DNA from: Gemmatimonadota bacterium
GTDB lineage: Bacteria; Gemmatimonadota; Gemmatimonadetes; Longimicrobiales; Gaopeijiaceae
Direction: 5' to 3'
Length of the DNA stretch: 64,000 nt
Assembly: GCA_034521595.1 (NCBI GenBank)
Contig: JAXHMG010000003.1
Coordinates: forward strand, 2,560,001 to 2,624,000
Numbering within the stretch: position 1 is the stretch's first letter; each line of letters begins with the position of its first letter. The notes under the pieces are model-generated. The model saw only the letters and a program-made list of their open reading frames with translations, was not told where the DNA came from and made no database searches. The translations under genes and the position numbers were made by a program. Shown piece after piece: positions 42,266 through 53,431 of this stretch.

Positions 42266-43213
42266 CTACCCTCCTTCCGGCGGTTCCTCGGGCGGACGTG
42301 TCTTCCAGCGCTTGTGCTGCCAGAAGTACTGTTCGGGATGTCGACGCACCGCGTCCTCGACCGCCGAGACGTAGGCGGTCGTGAACGCGGTGACGTCACG
42401 GTCCCGGTCCCCCGTGGGCTCGAAAGGGAGGCGCTCGACGGTGACGCGGTATCGCTGGCCCCAACCGGGCTCCCGGACCGCGAAGCCCAGGAACGCCGGA
42501 ACACCCGTCCGCAAGGCGAAGGTCGCGCTGCCCCGCGCCGTCGCCGCGGCACGTCCGAAAAACGGCACGAAGATGCCGTTGCGGTGCGCGTTCTGGTCGC
42601 CGAGGATCGCCACGACCCGACCCGAGCGTAGCGAGCGGAGCACCTCCCTCGGGGCCTCGGACATCTCCACCACCCGAACGCCCAACCGGGCGCGCGTTGC
42701 GAAGAGCGCACGCTCGAACCGCCGGTTCGCCATCCCCTTCACCACGGCCTCGACCGGAAGCCCACGCGCGGCCAACGCGGCCCCTCCGACCTCCCAGTTC
42801 CCAAGGTGGGCCGTGAGCAAAAGGGCGCCACCGGCTTGCTCCGTCGCCTCTCGCAACTCCTCCAGCCCCGACACCCGCGTGCGCTCGACGAGCTGCTCGC
42901 GCGACCAGGCTCCGTATCGAAACAGCACGACGAATTCCCGGGCGAGGTGGCGGTAGCTCGCCCTCGCGACCCGCGCACGCTCGCTGCGGCTCTTCTCCGG
43001 GAAGGCCCACTCGAGGTGCCGGTCGACGTCCGAGCGGCGGATCCGGAGCACGGAGCCGGCCAGCGTGCCGAGCAAGGCCGCCAACCGTGTGGCCAGGCGC
43101 TCCGGGAGGACGGACACCGCGCCGCGCAGGACCCGGAACAGAGCGAATTCGGCCCGATGCGCGAACCGCTCGCGACCTGCGTCAGGGCCGGCGGGAGCCA
43201 CACGCGCGCTCAT
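42266..43213 (-). CDS. lpxL: Lipid A biosynthesis acyltransferase (LpxL/HtrB family)
   Basis: TAHLGNWE, ILGDQ, VPFFG, HPEQYFWQHKRWK. Confidence 0.9.
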   Translation of the reverse strand: MSARVAPAGPDAGRERFAHRAEFALFRVLRGAVSVLPERLATRLAALLGTLAGSVLRIRRSDVDRHLEWAFPEKSRSERARVARASYRHLAREFVVLFRYGAWSREQLVERTRVSGLEELREATEQAGGALLLTAHLGNWEVGGAALAARGLPVEAVVKGMANRRFERALFATRARLGVRVVEMSEAPREVLRSLRSGRVVAILGDQNAHRNGIFVPFFGRAAATARGSATFALRTGVPAFLGFAVREPGWGQRYRVTVERLPFEPTGDRDRDVTAFTTAYVSAVEDAVRRHPEQYFWQHKRWKTRPPEEPPEGG

Positions 43214-45036
43214 GCCGCCGGAGGAGCGGGATCACGGAACTGGAGATCGTAGAGGCGCCGGTACGCTCCGCCACGCTCCATGAGCGAAGCGTGCGTGCCG
43301 CGCTCCACGATCCGACCGCGATCCATCACCAGAATCTCGTCCGCCCGCTGCACCGTCGAGAGCCGGTGAGCGATGACGAACACCGTCCGCCCCTCGAGGA
43401 GCCGTTCGATCGCTCCCTGAATGAGCTGCTCGGACTCCGAATCGAGCGCGCTCGTCGCCTCGTCGAAGATCAGGATGGGCGGATCCTTCAGGAGCGCCCG
43501 CGCGATCGCGATACGCTGCCGCTGTCCGCCCGAGAGCTCGACGCCGCGCTCCCCCACGACCGTGTCATAGCCCTCGGGCATCTCCTCGATGAATCCGTGC
43601 GCGTGTGCCGCCCGGACCGCGTCCTCGATCCGTTCGTCGGACGCGTCCGGAGACGCGTAGGCGATGTTCGCTCGCACGGTGTCGTGGAACAGGACCGTCT
43701 CCTGCGAGACGATGCCCATGAGCGCGCGAAGGTCGCGGATGCGCACGTCGCGCACGTCGATGCCGTCGATCGCCACACGTCCGGCATCGACTTCATAGAA
43801 ACGCCCCACCAGGTCCACGACGGTGCTCTTTCCCGCGCCGCTCGGCCCCACGATCGCGACCACGGAGCCCTTCGGAACCCGGAAGCTCACCTTGTCCAGT
43901 ACCGGTTCGTCCGCTCTGTACCCGAATGAAACGTCGTCGAAGGAGATCTCCCGCTCGAATGAGGGGAGGGGCCGCGCGTCGGGTGCGTCGTCGATCTCGA
44001 CCGGGGCGTCCAGGAACTCGAACACCCGCTCGACCGCGACCAGACCCGGCTGCGCCGTGGCCGGGAACTTCGCCACGTTCTTCACCGGCGCGTAGAGCTT
44101 GAGCGAAAGGCCGAGGAAGCCCACGAGCTCGGCCCCCGCCATGTCCCCCCCGACCACCAGGCGCGCCCCGTACCAGAGCAACACGCCCGTGCCCGCCGCC
44201 GCGAGCATTTCGGTCACGGGGGCGGCCGCGGCCCGCGCCAGCTCCGCCCTCAGGAACTGGCGGAAATAGCCTCCGGTCAGCCCACGGAAGCGTTCCCGCT
44301 CACGCTCCTCCGCCGACGAAGACTTGACCAGCCGGATTCCGGCGAGCGTCTCCTGAATGTGCGCGTTGACCTCCCCTCCGAGGTGGAGCACCCGCCGGTC
44401 GCGGCGCCGGAGCACGGAGACCAACGGCCCCCAAATGATCATCGCCCCGGGGATGACCACGAACGCGGCGAGCGTCAGCCTCCACGAGATCAGAAGCATG
44501 GCGGTCACCGCCACGGCGAACTCGAAGAAAGCCGAGACCAAGCGCGAGAACTCCGACGTGACCAGCGTTCGCAGCTGCTCGACCTCGGTCGTGAGACGGC
44601 TCACGATCTGACCCATGCGCATCCGCCCGAAGAAGGCCAGATCCAACTTCACGAGGTGATCGTAGACCGTGTTCCGGAGATCGCGGTTGACGCCCTGCTC
44701 GGCCCGGGCGACGAGGTAGGTGCGCGCGAACAGGACAACGTTCTTGAGGAGAAAAACGGCCAGGATCAAGAGGATGATCCGGTTCACCGCGACGAGCGGA
44801 TCTCCGCTCGGATCGGCCCAGCGGTACACCGTCGCCTCGAGAAGCCGGTCCATGGCGCTCCCGCTCCGGTCCGGCGGGCTCCCGCCCGAGACGAACAGCG
44901 CCTCGACGAACGGGATGAGGAGCACGTACGCCGCGGCGTCGAGGACGGCGAAGGCGGCCGTCGCCACGATCCCGGCCGCGAGAACCGGGGCGTGGGGCTT
45001 CAGGAAGGGGATGAGCCGAGCGGCACCGGACTTCAA
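43210..45036 (-). CDS. msbA: ABC exporter, MsbA-like
   Basis: TM domain plus GPSGAGKST, LSGGQRQR, IFDEATSALD; located in the LPS cluster. Confidence 0.85.
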   Translation of the reverse strand: MKSGAARLIPFLKPHAPVLAAGIVATAAFAVLDAAAYVLLIPFVEALFVSGGSPPDRSGSAMDRLLEATVYRWADPSGDPLVAVNRIILLILAVFLLKNVVLFARTYLVARAEQGVNRDLRNTVYDHLVKLDLAFFGRMRMGQIVSRLTTEVEQLRTLVTSEFSRLVSAFFEFAVAVTAMLLISWRLTLAAFVVIPGAMIIWGPLVSVLRRRDRRVLHLGGEVNAHIQETLAGIRLVKSSSAEERERERFRGLTGGYFRQFLRAELARAAAAPVTEMLAAAGTGVLLWYGARLVVGGDMAGAELVGFLGLSLKLYAPVKNVAKFPATAQPGLVAVERVFEFLDAPVEIDDAPDARPLPSFEREISFDDVSFGYRADEPVLDKVSFRVPKGSVVAIVGPSGAGKSTVVDLVGRFYEVDAGRVAIDGIDVRDVRIRDLRALMGIVSQETVLFHDTVRANIAYASPDASDERIEDAVRAAHAHGFIEEMPEGYDTVVGERGVELSGGQRQRIAIARALLKDPPILIFDEATSALDSESEQLIQGAIERLLEGRTVFVIAHRLSTVQRADEILVMDRGRIVERGTHASLMERGGAYRRLYDLQFRDPAPPAA

Positions 45037-45041
45037 CGGGT

Positions 45042-46610
45042 CTACCTGGGTGTGAGGCTCGCGACCGGGACGATCATCTCCTCCGGGCTGATGCCACCGT
45101 GCATGAAGGAGTTCCGGTACCGGGCCTGGTACTCCCGGAGCTTGGTCGGATAGACCAGATAGTAGTCCTCGAGCGTGAGGAGATAGGTCATGCCCAATCC
45201 GCCCGCGGGCAGTCGGAGGTCCCGGGCGTCCGACGTCAAAAACGCGGTGGATCGGTCCTCTACCCGGAGGTCCTGGCCGAACTTATAGCGCAAGTTGCTG
45301 GTCGCGTCCCGCCGTGCGAAGACCGTGGTCGGACGCTGGCAGAGAATCGATCCGTGGTCCGTCGTGAATACGACCCGGTGCCCCGCCGCCGCCACCTCCC
45401 GCAGGACCTGGTAGGCGGTCGACCGCTCGAACCACGAGCGGGTCAGGTCGCGGAGCGCGGTCTCGTCCCGGGCGACCTCCATGAGAATGGGAGACTCCGA
45501 GCGGCCGTGCGTCATGAGGTCGACGAAGTTGAAGACGAGGGCGATCACCGAGCCGGGCTTCTTCGCCGCGGAGTTCACGCGAGCGCGCACCTGATCACCG
45601 TGCTTGTCCGAGAAGATCTTCTCGTAGTGGACCGGGACGGCGCGGCCGGTGAGGCGTTCCAACTGCTCCTCGAGCAGCTCGTCCTCGAACGCGTTGAGGC
45701 TGCCTTCGTCGTCCGAAGCGTCCCACCAACCCGGCCGCTCGCGCGCGATCTCGTCGGGGAAGAGCCCGCTGAAGATCGCGTTCCGGGCGTAGGGGCTGGC
45801 CGTCGGCAGAATCGAGTAGTGGTACGCCTCTTCGATATCGAAATCCTCGGCGAGCAACGGGACGATGGTGCGCCACTGGTCGAGGCGCATGCAGTCGAGC
45901 ACCACGAAGTAGACGGGAGCGTCTCCGAGCTTCGGGACCAGAAAGTCACGCACGAGATCCACCGACAGCGTCGGGCGCTCACCCTGGCCGTGCATCCAAC
46001 GGGGGTACTCCCGCATCGCCCACTCCCCGAAATCCCGCCTCAGATCGACCATCATCGTCCGCAGCGAGTCGAGCAAGCCCGTCTCGCCCGAGTCGGTGAG
46101 GCGGAGGTCCCAATCCACCATCTCCGTATACACGGTAGTGAAGTCGTCGGCCGTGTCCGCGTCCTGCGCGCGGCGCGTCAGCTGCCCGAAGCGAGAGGCG
46201 AAATCCTGCGCCACCCTCTGTTGGCGAATCGAGGATCCCTCGAGGATCCGGGTCACGACCGAGAGCACCTGACGCGGGCTCGTGGGCTTGACGAGATAGT
46301 CGTCCACGCGACGCCCGATCGCCTCGGTCATCGTGTGGTCCTCTTCCGATTTGGTGATCATCACGACGCGCTGGTGCGGATCGTGACGGCGCAGGAGCTC
46401 GAGGACGTCGAGGCCCCGGCGTCCCGGCATCTGCTCGTCGAGAAGGACGAGGTCGTAGGCTTGTTCCCTCAACAGCTCGAGCGCGTCGTCGCCGTTGGTA
46501 GCGGTGTCCACGTGGTAGCCCCGCGCCTGCAGGAAGAGCAGGTGCGGCTTGAGGAGGTCGACTTCGTCGTCGACCCAGAGGATCCGCTTCGCGGGACGTG
46601 TGTTGGGCAT
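45042..46610 (-). CDS. Response regulator with PglZ/alkaline-phosphatase domain (PorX-like)
   Basis: Receiver ILWVDDE...LLDEQMPG...MITKSEE...YLVKP; PglZ-type VLDCMRLDQW, SILPTASPYARNAIFSG, TTDHG, FMHGGISPEEM. Confidence 0.9.
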   Translation of the reverse strand: MPNTRPAKRILWVDDEVDLLKPHLLFLQARGYHVDTATNGDDALELLREQAYDLVLLDEQMPGRRGLDVLELLRRHDPHQRVVMITKSEEDHTMTEAIGRRVDDYLVKPTSPRQVLSVVTRILEGSSIRQQRVAQDFASRFGQLTRRAQDADTADDFTTVYTEMVDWDLRLTDSGETGLLDSLRTMMVDLRRDFGEWAMREYPRWMHGQGERPTLSVDLVRDFLVPKLGDAPVYFVVLDCMRLDQWRTIVPLLAEDFDIEEAYHYSILPTASPYARNAIFSGLFPDEIARERPGWWDASDDEGSLNAFEDELLEEQLERLTGRAVPVHYEKIFSDKHGDQVRARVNSAAKKPGSVIALVFNFVDLMTHGRSESPILMEVARDETALRDLTRSWFERSTAYQVLREVAAAGHRVVFTTDHGSILCQRPTTVFARRDATSNLRYKFGQDLRVEDRSTAFLTSDARDLRLPAGGLGMTYLLTLEDYYLVYPTKLREYQARYRNSFMHGGISPEEMIVPVASLTPR

Positions 46611-46863
46611 GGTGCTCGGAAACTAACGACGACACACCGGGCGGACATGACCGGTGCGCGTCGGGCGGCGAGAGCGGGCTCTCGCTCACCGCGAGGAGCA
46701 TGCGCCGTCGAGGCGGCGCCGAGCCTCGACGGTAGCTTTTGCGCACTACCGGCAACGATGTACACGGGCACCCCGAATCTCGGGGGACGTTGCGGCAGGC
46801 CGCGTGTACCTAATCTTTGAGCGTCCCGCGCATTCGCGCGCGTACGAGATCTCGAGGAACGCC

Positions 46864-47181
46864 ATGAAGCTCATCGCGACCCAAAAGCAGGAACAGAACC
46901 ACGCCATGATCGATCCGTGGACCGTGGTGCACTTCAGCACCGGGCTTGCGGCGGGGCTCTTGGGCGTGCCCCGGCGGCTGTCCCATCCGGCAGCCGTCGC
47001 GTACGAGCTCGTGGAGCAGTACATGGAGCGCCAGAAGTGGGGGCGGGAGTTTTTCGAGACCCACCGCCACGAATCCGTGCCGAACGCCGTGGTGGACGTC
47101 GTCGTGTTCGCGGTCGGCCACTACCTCGGCGAAGCGTGGAACGATACCCGCGCCCCCTCGTGGAAAAGCTGGATCAGGTGA
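46864..47181 (+). CDS. Small hypothetical membrane protein
   Basis: GAGG RBS; DPWTVVHF...YELVE...ESVPNAVVD. Confidence 0.65.
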   Translation: MKLIATQKQEQNHAMIDPWTVVHFSTGLAAGLLGVPRRLSHPAAVAYELVEQYMERQKWGREFFETHRHESVPNAVVDVVVFAVGHYLGEAWNDTRAPSWKSWIR

Positions 47182-47190
47182 GCCGGTCGC

Positions 47191-47859
47191 TCACATGATG
47201 ATCCGGTAGGGGAACCACGCCGCCACCGGTGTTCCTCGGCGGGTCGCCGGCCGGAAGACCCACGCCGACGCTTCCTCGATGAGGCGACGATTGAAGCTCC
47301 GATCCTCCGTGGGTGGCTCCAGGCGCGTGGAATCCGGAACGACCCGCCCGGTGGAGTCGACGAAGACCCACACCTGAACCTCGGTGCCATCTAGGTCGCT
47401 ATTGGTCGGGGGGATGATCATCCCTTTCGGAGACGGGGGCTGCAGCTCGCTGGTGCCGCTCTCGGCCGAGCCCCGGTCTCCGCTGCCGGCCCCGTCCTCG
47501 ACGCCCGGGGCTTCGTCGAGGCCGGGCCGTTCGCCGAGCAGCTCCGCCGGATCCACGTCGGGCGCCTCGTCGAACTCGACCCGCTCCACCGCGACCTCGA
47601 CGGCCACCGGCTCCGGCGGGGGCACCACCGGCGTCCTCGGAGCCGCGCGGATGTTCACCGTCCTCACGGCACCGGCGGCCACCCGCGGATCACCACGGTC
47701 CGGGCCGGCCGCTGCTGAAGAAGCTCCCGGAAGCGCATCGCCCCGCCAAGCGAGAAAGACCAGCACGTGCAGCAGCAACGATACGACCAACCCCGCCCGC
47801 CACACCGCGCGGTCGCGCGCGCGCCGGATGCGAACGGTAGAAAGATGGGTGTCGGCCAT
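47191..47859 (-). CDS. TonB-like energy transducer
   Basis: TM anchor SLLLH, Pro-rich linker, C-terminal VFVDSTGRV...WVFRPATRRGTPV. Confidence 0.8.
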   Translation of the reverse strand: MADTHLSTVRIRRARDRAVWRAGLVVSLLLHVLVFLAWRGDALPGASSAAAGPDRGDPRVAAGAVRTVNIRAAPRTPVVPPPEPVAVEVAVERVEFDEAPDVDPAELLGERPGLDEAPGVEDGAGSGDRGSAESGTSELQPPSPKGMIIPPTNSDLDGTEVQVWVFVDSTGRVVPDSTRLEPPTEDRSFNRRLIEEASAWVFRPATRRGTPVAAWFPYRIIM

Positions 47860-48037
47860 GGAGATTCGAAACCGGAACCGGTGATGCGAACGGGGTGATC
47901 CAGTCGGAGCCACACCTATGGTACTGGTTTGCCACCCATGAGTTTCCCGGACCGCTCCAGCGACCATCCCGGGTGAGCGCTCACACCCGAGAGGCACTGC
48001 GCCCTAGCTGCGTCGCACGCCGATGATTATCGCATGC

Positions 48038-48067
48038 TTGACTTTTCCACCTCCCCCGCCCTACGGT
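48038..48067 (+). promoter_or_regulatory. Possible sigma70 promoter of susC
   Basis: TTGACT-N18-TACGGT about 190 nt upstream of the start codon. Confidence 0.4.
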
Positions 48068-48255
48068 GGCACACGAGTGTGTGCACGAGCGCGCACTCAA
48101 AACCGTAGCGTTCAGCTGGAAACGAGCGGCGTGAAGCGGTCCCCGGAGTTGCGACGGCGTGGTGTCTCCACGTTGGAGCGCCCCGAGGGCGGCGGAGTGT
48201 CCGTCGGTTCTGCTTGCGCTCGAAATTCCCGCAGATCCCACACAGGAGGTTCCTG

Positions 48256-51200
48256 ATGGCGGCTCTCAATGTTCGCAATGAGCCGGACCAACGGTCTTCC
48301 GGCGTGCAACGACGAGGACTGCTCGCGAGCGTGATCACGCTCGCGATGCTGGTCTTACTGACCGTCCCCGTCAAAGCACAAGAGACCGGCCAAATCACCG
48401 GGAGAGTCCTCGACGCGCAGTCGGGCGGCCCGCTCTCCGAAGTCCAGGTCTTCGTCGAAGGCCTACAGCTCGGCTCTCTGTCCCGCGCCGACGGACGCTT
48501 CATCATCCTCAACGTTCCGGCCGGCACCCACACGATCGGCGCCGAACGGATCGGCTACTCGTCCCAGACCCAGACGGTCGACGTGACCGCAGGGGGCACG
48601 ACGACCGTCGATTTCAACCTCGAATCGGAGGCGCTGGGCCTCGACGAGATCGTCGTGACCGGCGCGGCAGGCTCCGCACGGCGGCGCGAAATCGGCAACT
48701 CGATCTCGCAGATCGACGTCGCGGACCGCATGGATCAGCCGACGAGCGTGAACGACCTGCTCCAGAGCTCGGCGCCCGGCATCGAGCTCACCGGAGGTAG
48801 CGGGCAGCTCGGCCAGGGCAAGCAAATCCGGCTGCGCGGCAACTCCAGCGTCTCGATGACGAACCAGCCCATCATCTATGTGGACGGCGTTCGCATGATG
48901 GACGGAGGGTTCCCCCGCGTCGACACGCCCGGAATGACTCAGGGCCGCGGCGCACGGACCACCGCGAGCCCGCTCGACAACATCAACCCCAACGACATCG
49001 ACCGAATCGAGGTCATCAAGGGCTCGGCGGCGACGACGTTGTTCGGGACCGAGGCGTCCGCCGGGGTGATCCAGATCTTCACCAAGCGCGGATCCTCCGG
49101 AGCACCGGTTTGGACCGCCGAGGTCCAGCAGGGGACCGGCTGGGCCAAGAAGTACGGCGTCAACGGCGTCAACTACATGCACATGGAGCATTTCCTCCGT
49201 CCGGCCTGGTGGGGCTCGGGCTACGAGGGGGGCGAGTTCAGCCGTCCGTGCGTCACGCCAGACATGGGCGCGAACCCGGACGACACGCCGTTCGACGAGG
49301 TTGCGCGCACCGAAATGTGGGAGGGCGCCAACTCCGACCCCGACGGGGCCTGCCACTGGCCCGGGGCCCAGTGGTACCAGAACTACAACGTCTCCGTCCG
49401 TGGCGGCGGCCAGGACCTGCAGTACTTCCTCTCGGGAGCCTACCAGGACGACACGGGCATGCTCCCGTTGGACGAGCAGGAGCGGTACAACCTGCAGGCC
49501 AACTTCACGATGACGCCGCTGGACGATCTCCAGATCCAGTGGTCGACCGGCTTCACGCGTTCGTGGATGCAGCTCACCCCTTCGGGCAACAACCTGTCGG
49601 GCATCGAGCTTCAGATGATGCGTCAGGAGCGGAACTACATGGGCAGCGGTGATCCGCGGACCATCGCGGCGGCGCTCGACTACGACTACCAGCAGTGGAT
49701 CGAGCGTGTCACTTCGGGCCTCACGCTCAACTACAGCCCGATCGCGGACCTCACGAACCGGTTCACCGTGGGATACGACTACAGCCAGCAGGAAGGCCGT
49801 AACCTCATGCCCCAGGGCTTCTGGGAGCTGCCGGAAGGCGCGCTCACGAGCGACGTGTTCCAGAACCGAGTGCTGACGTTCGACTATGTCGGCACGTACA
49901 GCTTCCCCATCACCGGCGACGTCCGGTCGAACTTTTCGTGGGGCGGCCAGGCCATCGGTGAGGACCGGCGCCGAGTCATCGCCTTCGGGCGCAACTTCCC
50001 GGGCGCGGCCGAACCCACGGTCAGCTCGGCTTCGGTGCGGCTCGCCGAGGAGGAGCGGGAGAAGGTCTGGAACGCAGGCTTCTTCTTCCAGAACGTGTTC
50101 GACATCTCGGACAAGTACTTCGTCACGCTCGGCCTCCGAGTGGACGGCAACAGCGCTTTCGGTGAAGGCTTCGGGCTCCAGACGTACCCGAAGGTCAGCG
50201 GCGCTTGGGTCGTCAGCGACGAGGCTTTCTGGCCCGAGGATTTCGGGAATCTGCGTCTCCGGACGGCTTACGGTCAGTCCGGACGCGCGCCCGGCACGTT
50301 CGACGCAGTGCGCACCTGGGAGCCGGTCGGCTTCATCGGCGACCCGGCGTTCCAGCCGGAGAACCGGGGCAACCCGAACCTCGGACCCGAAAGTCACGTC
50401 CGAGTTCGAAGCGGGCTTCGAGGGCTCATGGCTCAACGACCGGTTCTCGGCCAACTTCACGTACTTCGCCCAGAAGACGACGGACGCCCTCATGGACGTC
50501 AGCGGGATCCCGTCGCTGGGCTTCAGCAGCAGTCAGCTCGAGAACGTCGGCGAGCTCGAGAACAAGGGCATCGAGCTCCAACTCGACGGTACCGTGATCC
50601 AGGGCGCCGAATGGGGCCTCGATCTGGGTCTCGGCGTCTCCACCGCGCACTCCAAGGTGCTTTCGCTGGGCGACACGGAGCCCTTCAACGCGCTCGACGG
50701 CCGCATCATGGAAGGGCACTCGGTGCCGGTGGCCTGGGGCGAGCGCGTGGCGAACCCCGACGAGATCGCCGACCCGGTCTACGAGGAGAACGGTGAGAAC
50801 GTGGTGATCGGGCCCGAGTTTCCGACGCACTTCGTTCTGCCCAGCATCAACTTGCGCGTTCCGGGCAACATCACGCTGGCGGCACGCGGCGAGTATCGCG
50901 GCGGCAACATGGTAAACGTCAACCCGATCCCGATCGGCCGCTCGGTGCGCTCACCGCTCTGCTTCCCCTACTACGAGGATCCGGCGAACGACATCGAGTT
51001 GCAGGACGACATTCCCGCCATCTGGCGCGAGCGGTGTGATCCGGACATGGCCGAGGACTACTGGTTCGACGGCGACTACTTCAAGCTGCGCTCCGTCAGC
51101 GCGACGCTTCCGGTGGACTTCGCGTTCCCGGACCGCGTCTCCAACGCGGTCATGACCGTGGCACTGACGAACGCGTGGGACTGGTACCGCGAGGTGCCGT

Positions 51201-51316
51201 GGTACGACCTCGAGCTGACACCGGACGGCGGCGTGGAAGACGAAGGCTTCGCCAACGCCTCCGAGCGTACGCCGGCCCCGGCGAACCTCCGTATCTCCCT
51301 CCGCCTGACGTTCTGA
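48256..51316 (+). CDS. susC: SusC/RagA-type TonB-dependent receptor, frameshifted at ~50390
   Basis: AGGAGG RBS; LDEIVVTG, IRLRG, PIIYVDG, INPNDIDRIEVIKG, terminal Phe. ORFs 48214-50796 and 49886-51316 join at NPNLGPE/VTSEFEAG if one A of 50390-50392 is removed. Confidence 0.9.
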
Positions 51317-51331
51317 GGAGGGCGCAAAACC

Positions 51332-52692
51332 ATGGGAAACAAAATGAAATTCATTAGACGAGGAGGGGGCGCGGCGCCATCGGCGCCGCCGCCCTGCTCG
51401 CCATCACGGTGGCGGGGTGCGACGTGACCAACCCCGGACCCATTCAGGACGCGTTCCTCGCGGAGACGGAGGCGCAACCGGGTCTCATCAACGGCGCGCA
51501 ACGAACGATCACGGAGGAGTACACCGACCGTCTGCTCGATCTGGGCCTCATGGCTCGGGACATCTTCCCGGGCGGCCAGATCGGCGCGTGGGGAACCGGC
51601 GTGCCGATGCACGCGGGACACGTCAATGCGGGCGATGGACCGAGCTTCGACGACTTCCACGAGGCCCGATTCATCACGGAGACGGCGATCGCCCGGTTCA
51701 CCGAAGCCGGCGCGAGCGACAACATCCTGCACCAGGCGTGGCTCTGGAACGGTTACTCCTACCGAATCCTCGGCGAGTGGTGGTGCGACACGGTGCTCCC
51801 GACCCGGGACCCGACCGACACCTCCCCGTCCGAGTACATTCCGGGCACGACCGACCCCTACTTCGAGCGGGCGGTCGAGAGCTTCACGCAGGCGCTGAGC
51901 TACGCGACCAACGCCGACCAGCGTAACGCCGCCCTCGCCGGGCGTGCATCGGCACACCTGTGGCTCGGCAACTGGAGCGAAGCCTACGCCGACGCGGACG
52001 CGGTCGATGACACGGAGTTCACATCCGTGGTCAGGAACGACGACTCGGAGACCGACCTCTACAACTACCTCGCGGAAGCCAACAGCGGCACCTTCCGGTC
52101 CTACACGGTGGATTTCACGTGGTACAAGGACTACTACGAGGACACGGGTGATCCGCGGGTGCCGTCCGAGGACTCCGAGGAGTTTCCATTCGGCGTCGGG
52201 AGTCTGACGGGCTTCGGCCAGGTGCCGTACCGTCCGCAGCTCAAGTACACGTCACGGACGGACCCCATCAATCTCTCCAGCTACTGGGAGATGCAGCTCG
52301 TGAAGGCCGAGGCGATCCTGCAGGGCGCCGATTCCGGCGATCCCGAGGACGCGATGGAGGTGATCAACGACGTCCGCACACGTTCCGGCGTGGAGATGGA
52401 CGCGCTACCCACGAACGTTTCGGACGCCGAGGCCTGGGAGCACCTGAAGCGGGAACGGCGCATCGAGCTCTGGCTCGAGGGCCGCAACGCTCCCGACGAG
52501 CGACGTTGGAACGAGTTCGGGACACCGGGTGAGATCGACATTCCGGAGTGGGAGGATCCCGAGCATCCGGGGTACACCCCCCACTTCGCGAGCAACCCGC
52601 GTGGGCTCGATGGGGGCCCGCTCTGCTGGGACATCCCGACCGGCGAGCGGGACCAGAACCCGAACGTCCCCTCGATCCAGGAGGGTAGCTGA
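51332..52692 (+). CDS. susD: SusD/RagB-type lipoprotein, apparent frameshift in the signal peptide (~51365)
   Basis: Lipobox VAGC, EMQLVKAEA, INDVR, ERRIELWLEGR; the RBS-linked ATG 51332 is one base out of frame with the body. Confidence 0.85.
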
Positions 52693-52730
52693 CCGCAACC
52701 GGATCGGTTGAGGATCCAGCACGAAGGAAC

Positions 52731-52765
52731 GGGCGTGGGGCGCAGCGCACCCCACGCCCTATTTT
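52731..52765 (+). terminator. Terminator after susD
   Basis: GGGCGTGGGG...CCCCACGCCC-TATTTT. Confidence 0.75.
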
Positions 52766-52790
52766 CGATTGATCGCGCGGTGTCTGGCCT

Positions 52791-53267
52791 GCAGCCGATC
52801 GGCACGGGGATCCGGATCACATTCTCGTCACCCGGGTCCCGGTCCGTGCCGTCGGAGAACACGTCGAACACCTGAAAGAGCAGGAACGCCGTTCCGGCAG
52901 CGCCGGCCCCGACCAACAGGCCGGTTTTCCCCACGCTGAACTCCCGTCGGTCCACCGTCAGCACTTCCCCTTCGGGTACCCGAATCACTTGATCGATCGG
53001 CGAACGAACCCCGGTCGGGTCGGTCACCACCGGGATCCGCAGCATGAGCGACGGGCCCTCGCGCCCGACGTATCGACCCTGGATGACCGGCCGCAGCTCG
53101 TTGGAATCCATGACCCGCGCGACCTCTTCGGAGCCGGTCCGGGTCACCACGAGCCGCACGTTTTCCCCGGGCGGCACGGCGGCCATCTCCGTGGGGGTGT
53201 AGGAATAACAGCCGGAAGTCAGCACGAGACCGGCCAGAGGTCCCATCCAAAGCCATGATCGTTTCAC
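52791..53267 (-). CDS. Hypothetical lipoprotein (3' end uncertain; ORF reads on to 52281)
   Basis: GGAGGA RBS, lipobox LTSGC, C-terminal TM segment; protein-like sequence ends at ...RIPVPIG. Confidence 0.7.
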
Positions 53268-53431
53268 CACGCCGTCCTCCACGATGTAGGTGGCGGCGGA
53301 ACAGGTCGTTGCCGCCGGAGCCCGGATCCAAGAGAGGCGCCCGGCGCGACTTCCGTCAAGGCTTACGTTCGTCCATGTCGCGCCGTCCGTTGCATCCCCC
53401 ACCCCCCACGGACACCTTTCTGGTCTGATCC

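Noticed and set aside
48070-48250. Riboswitch in the susC leader
   Set aside because: Small hairpins are present but no cobalamin, TPP or other riboswitch consensus was recognisable by eye; an Rfam scan would be needed.
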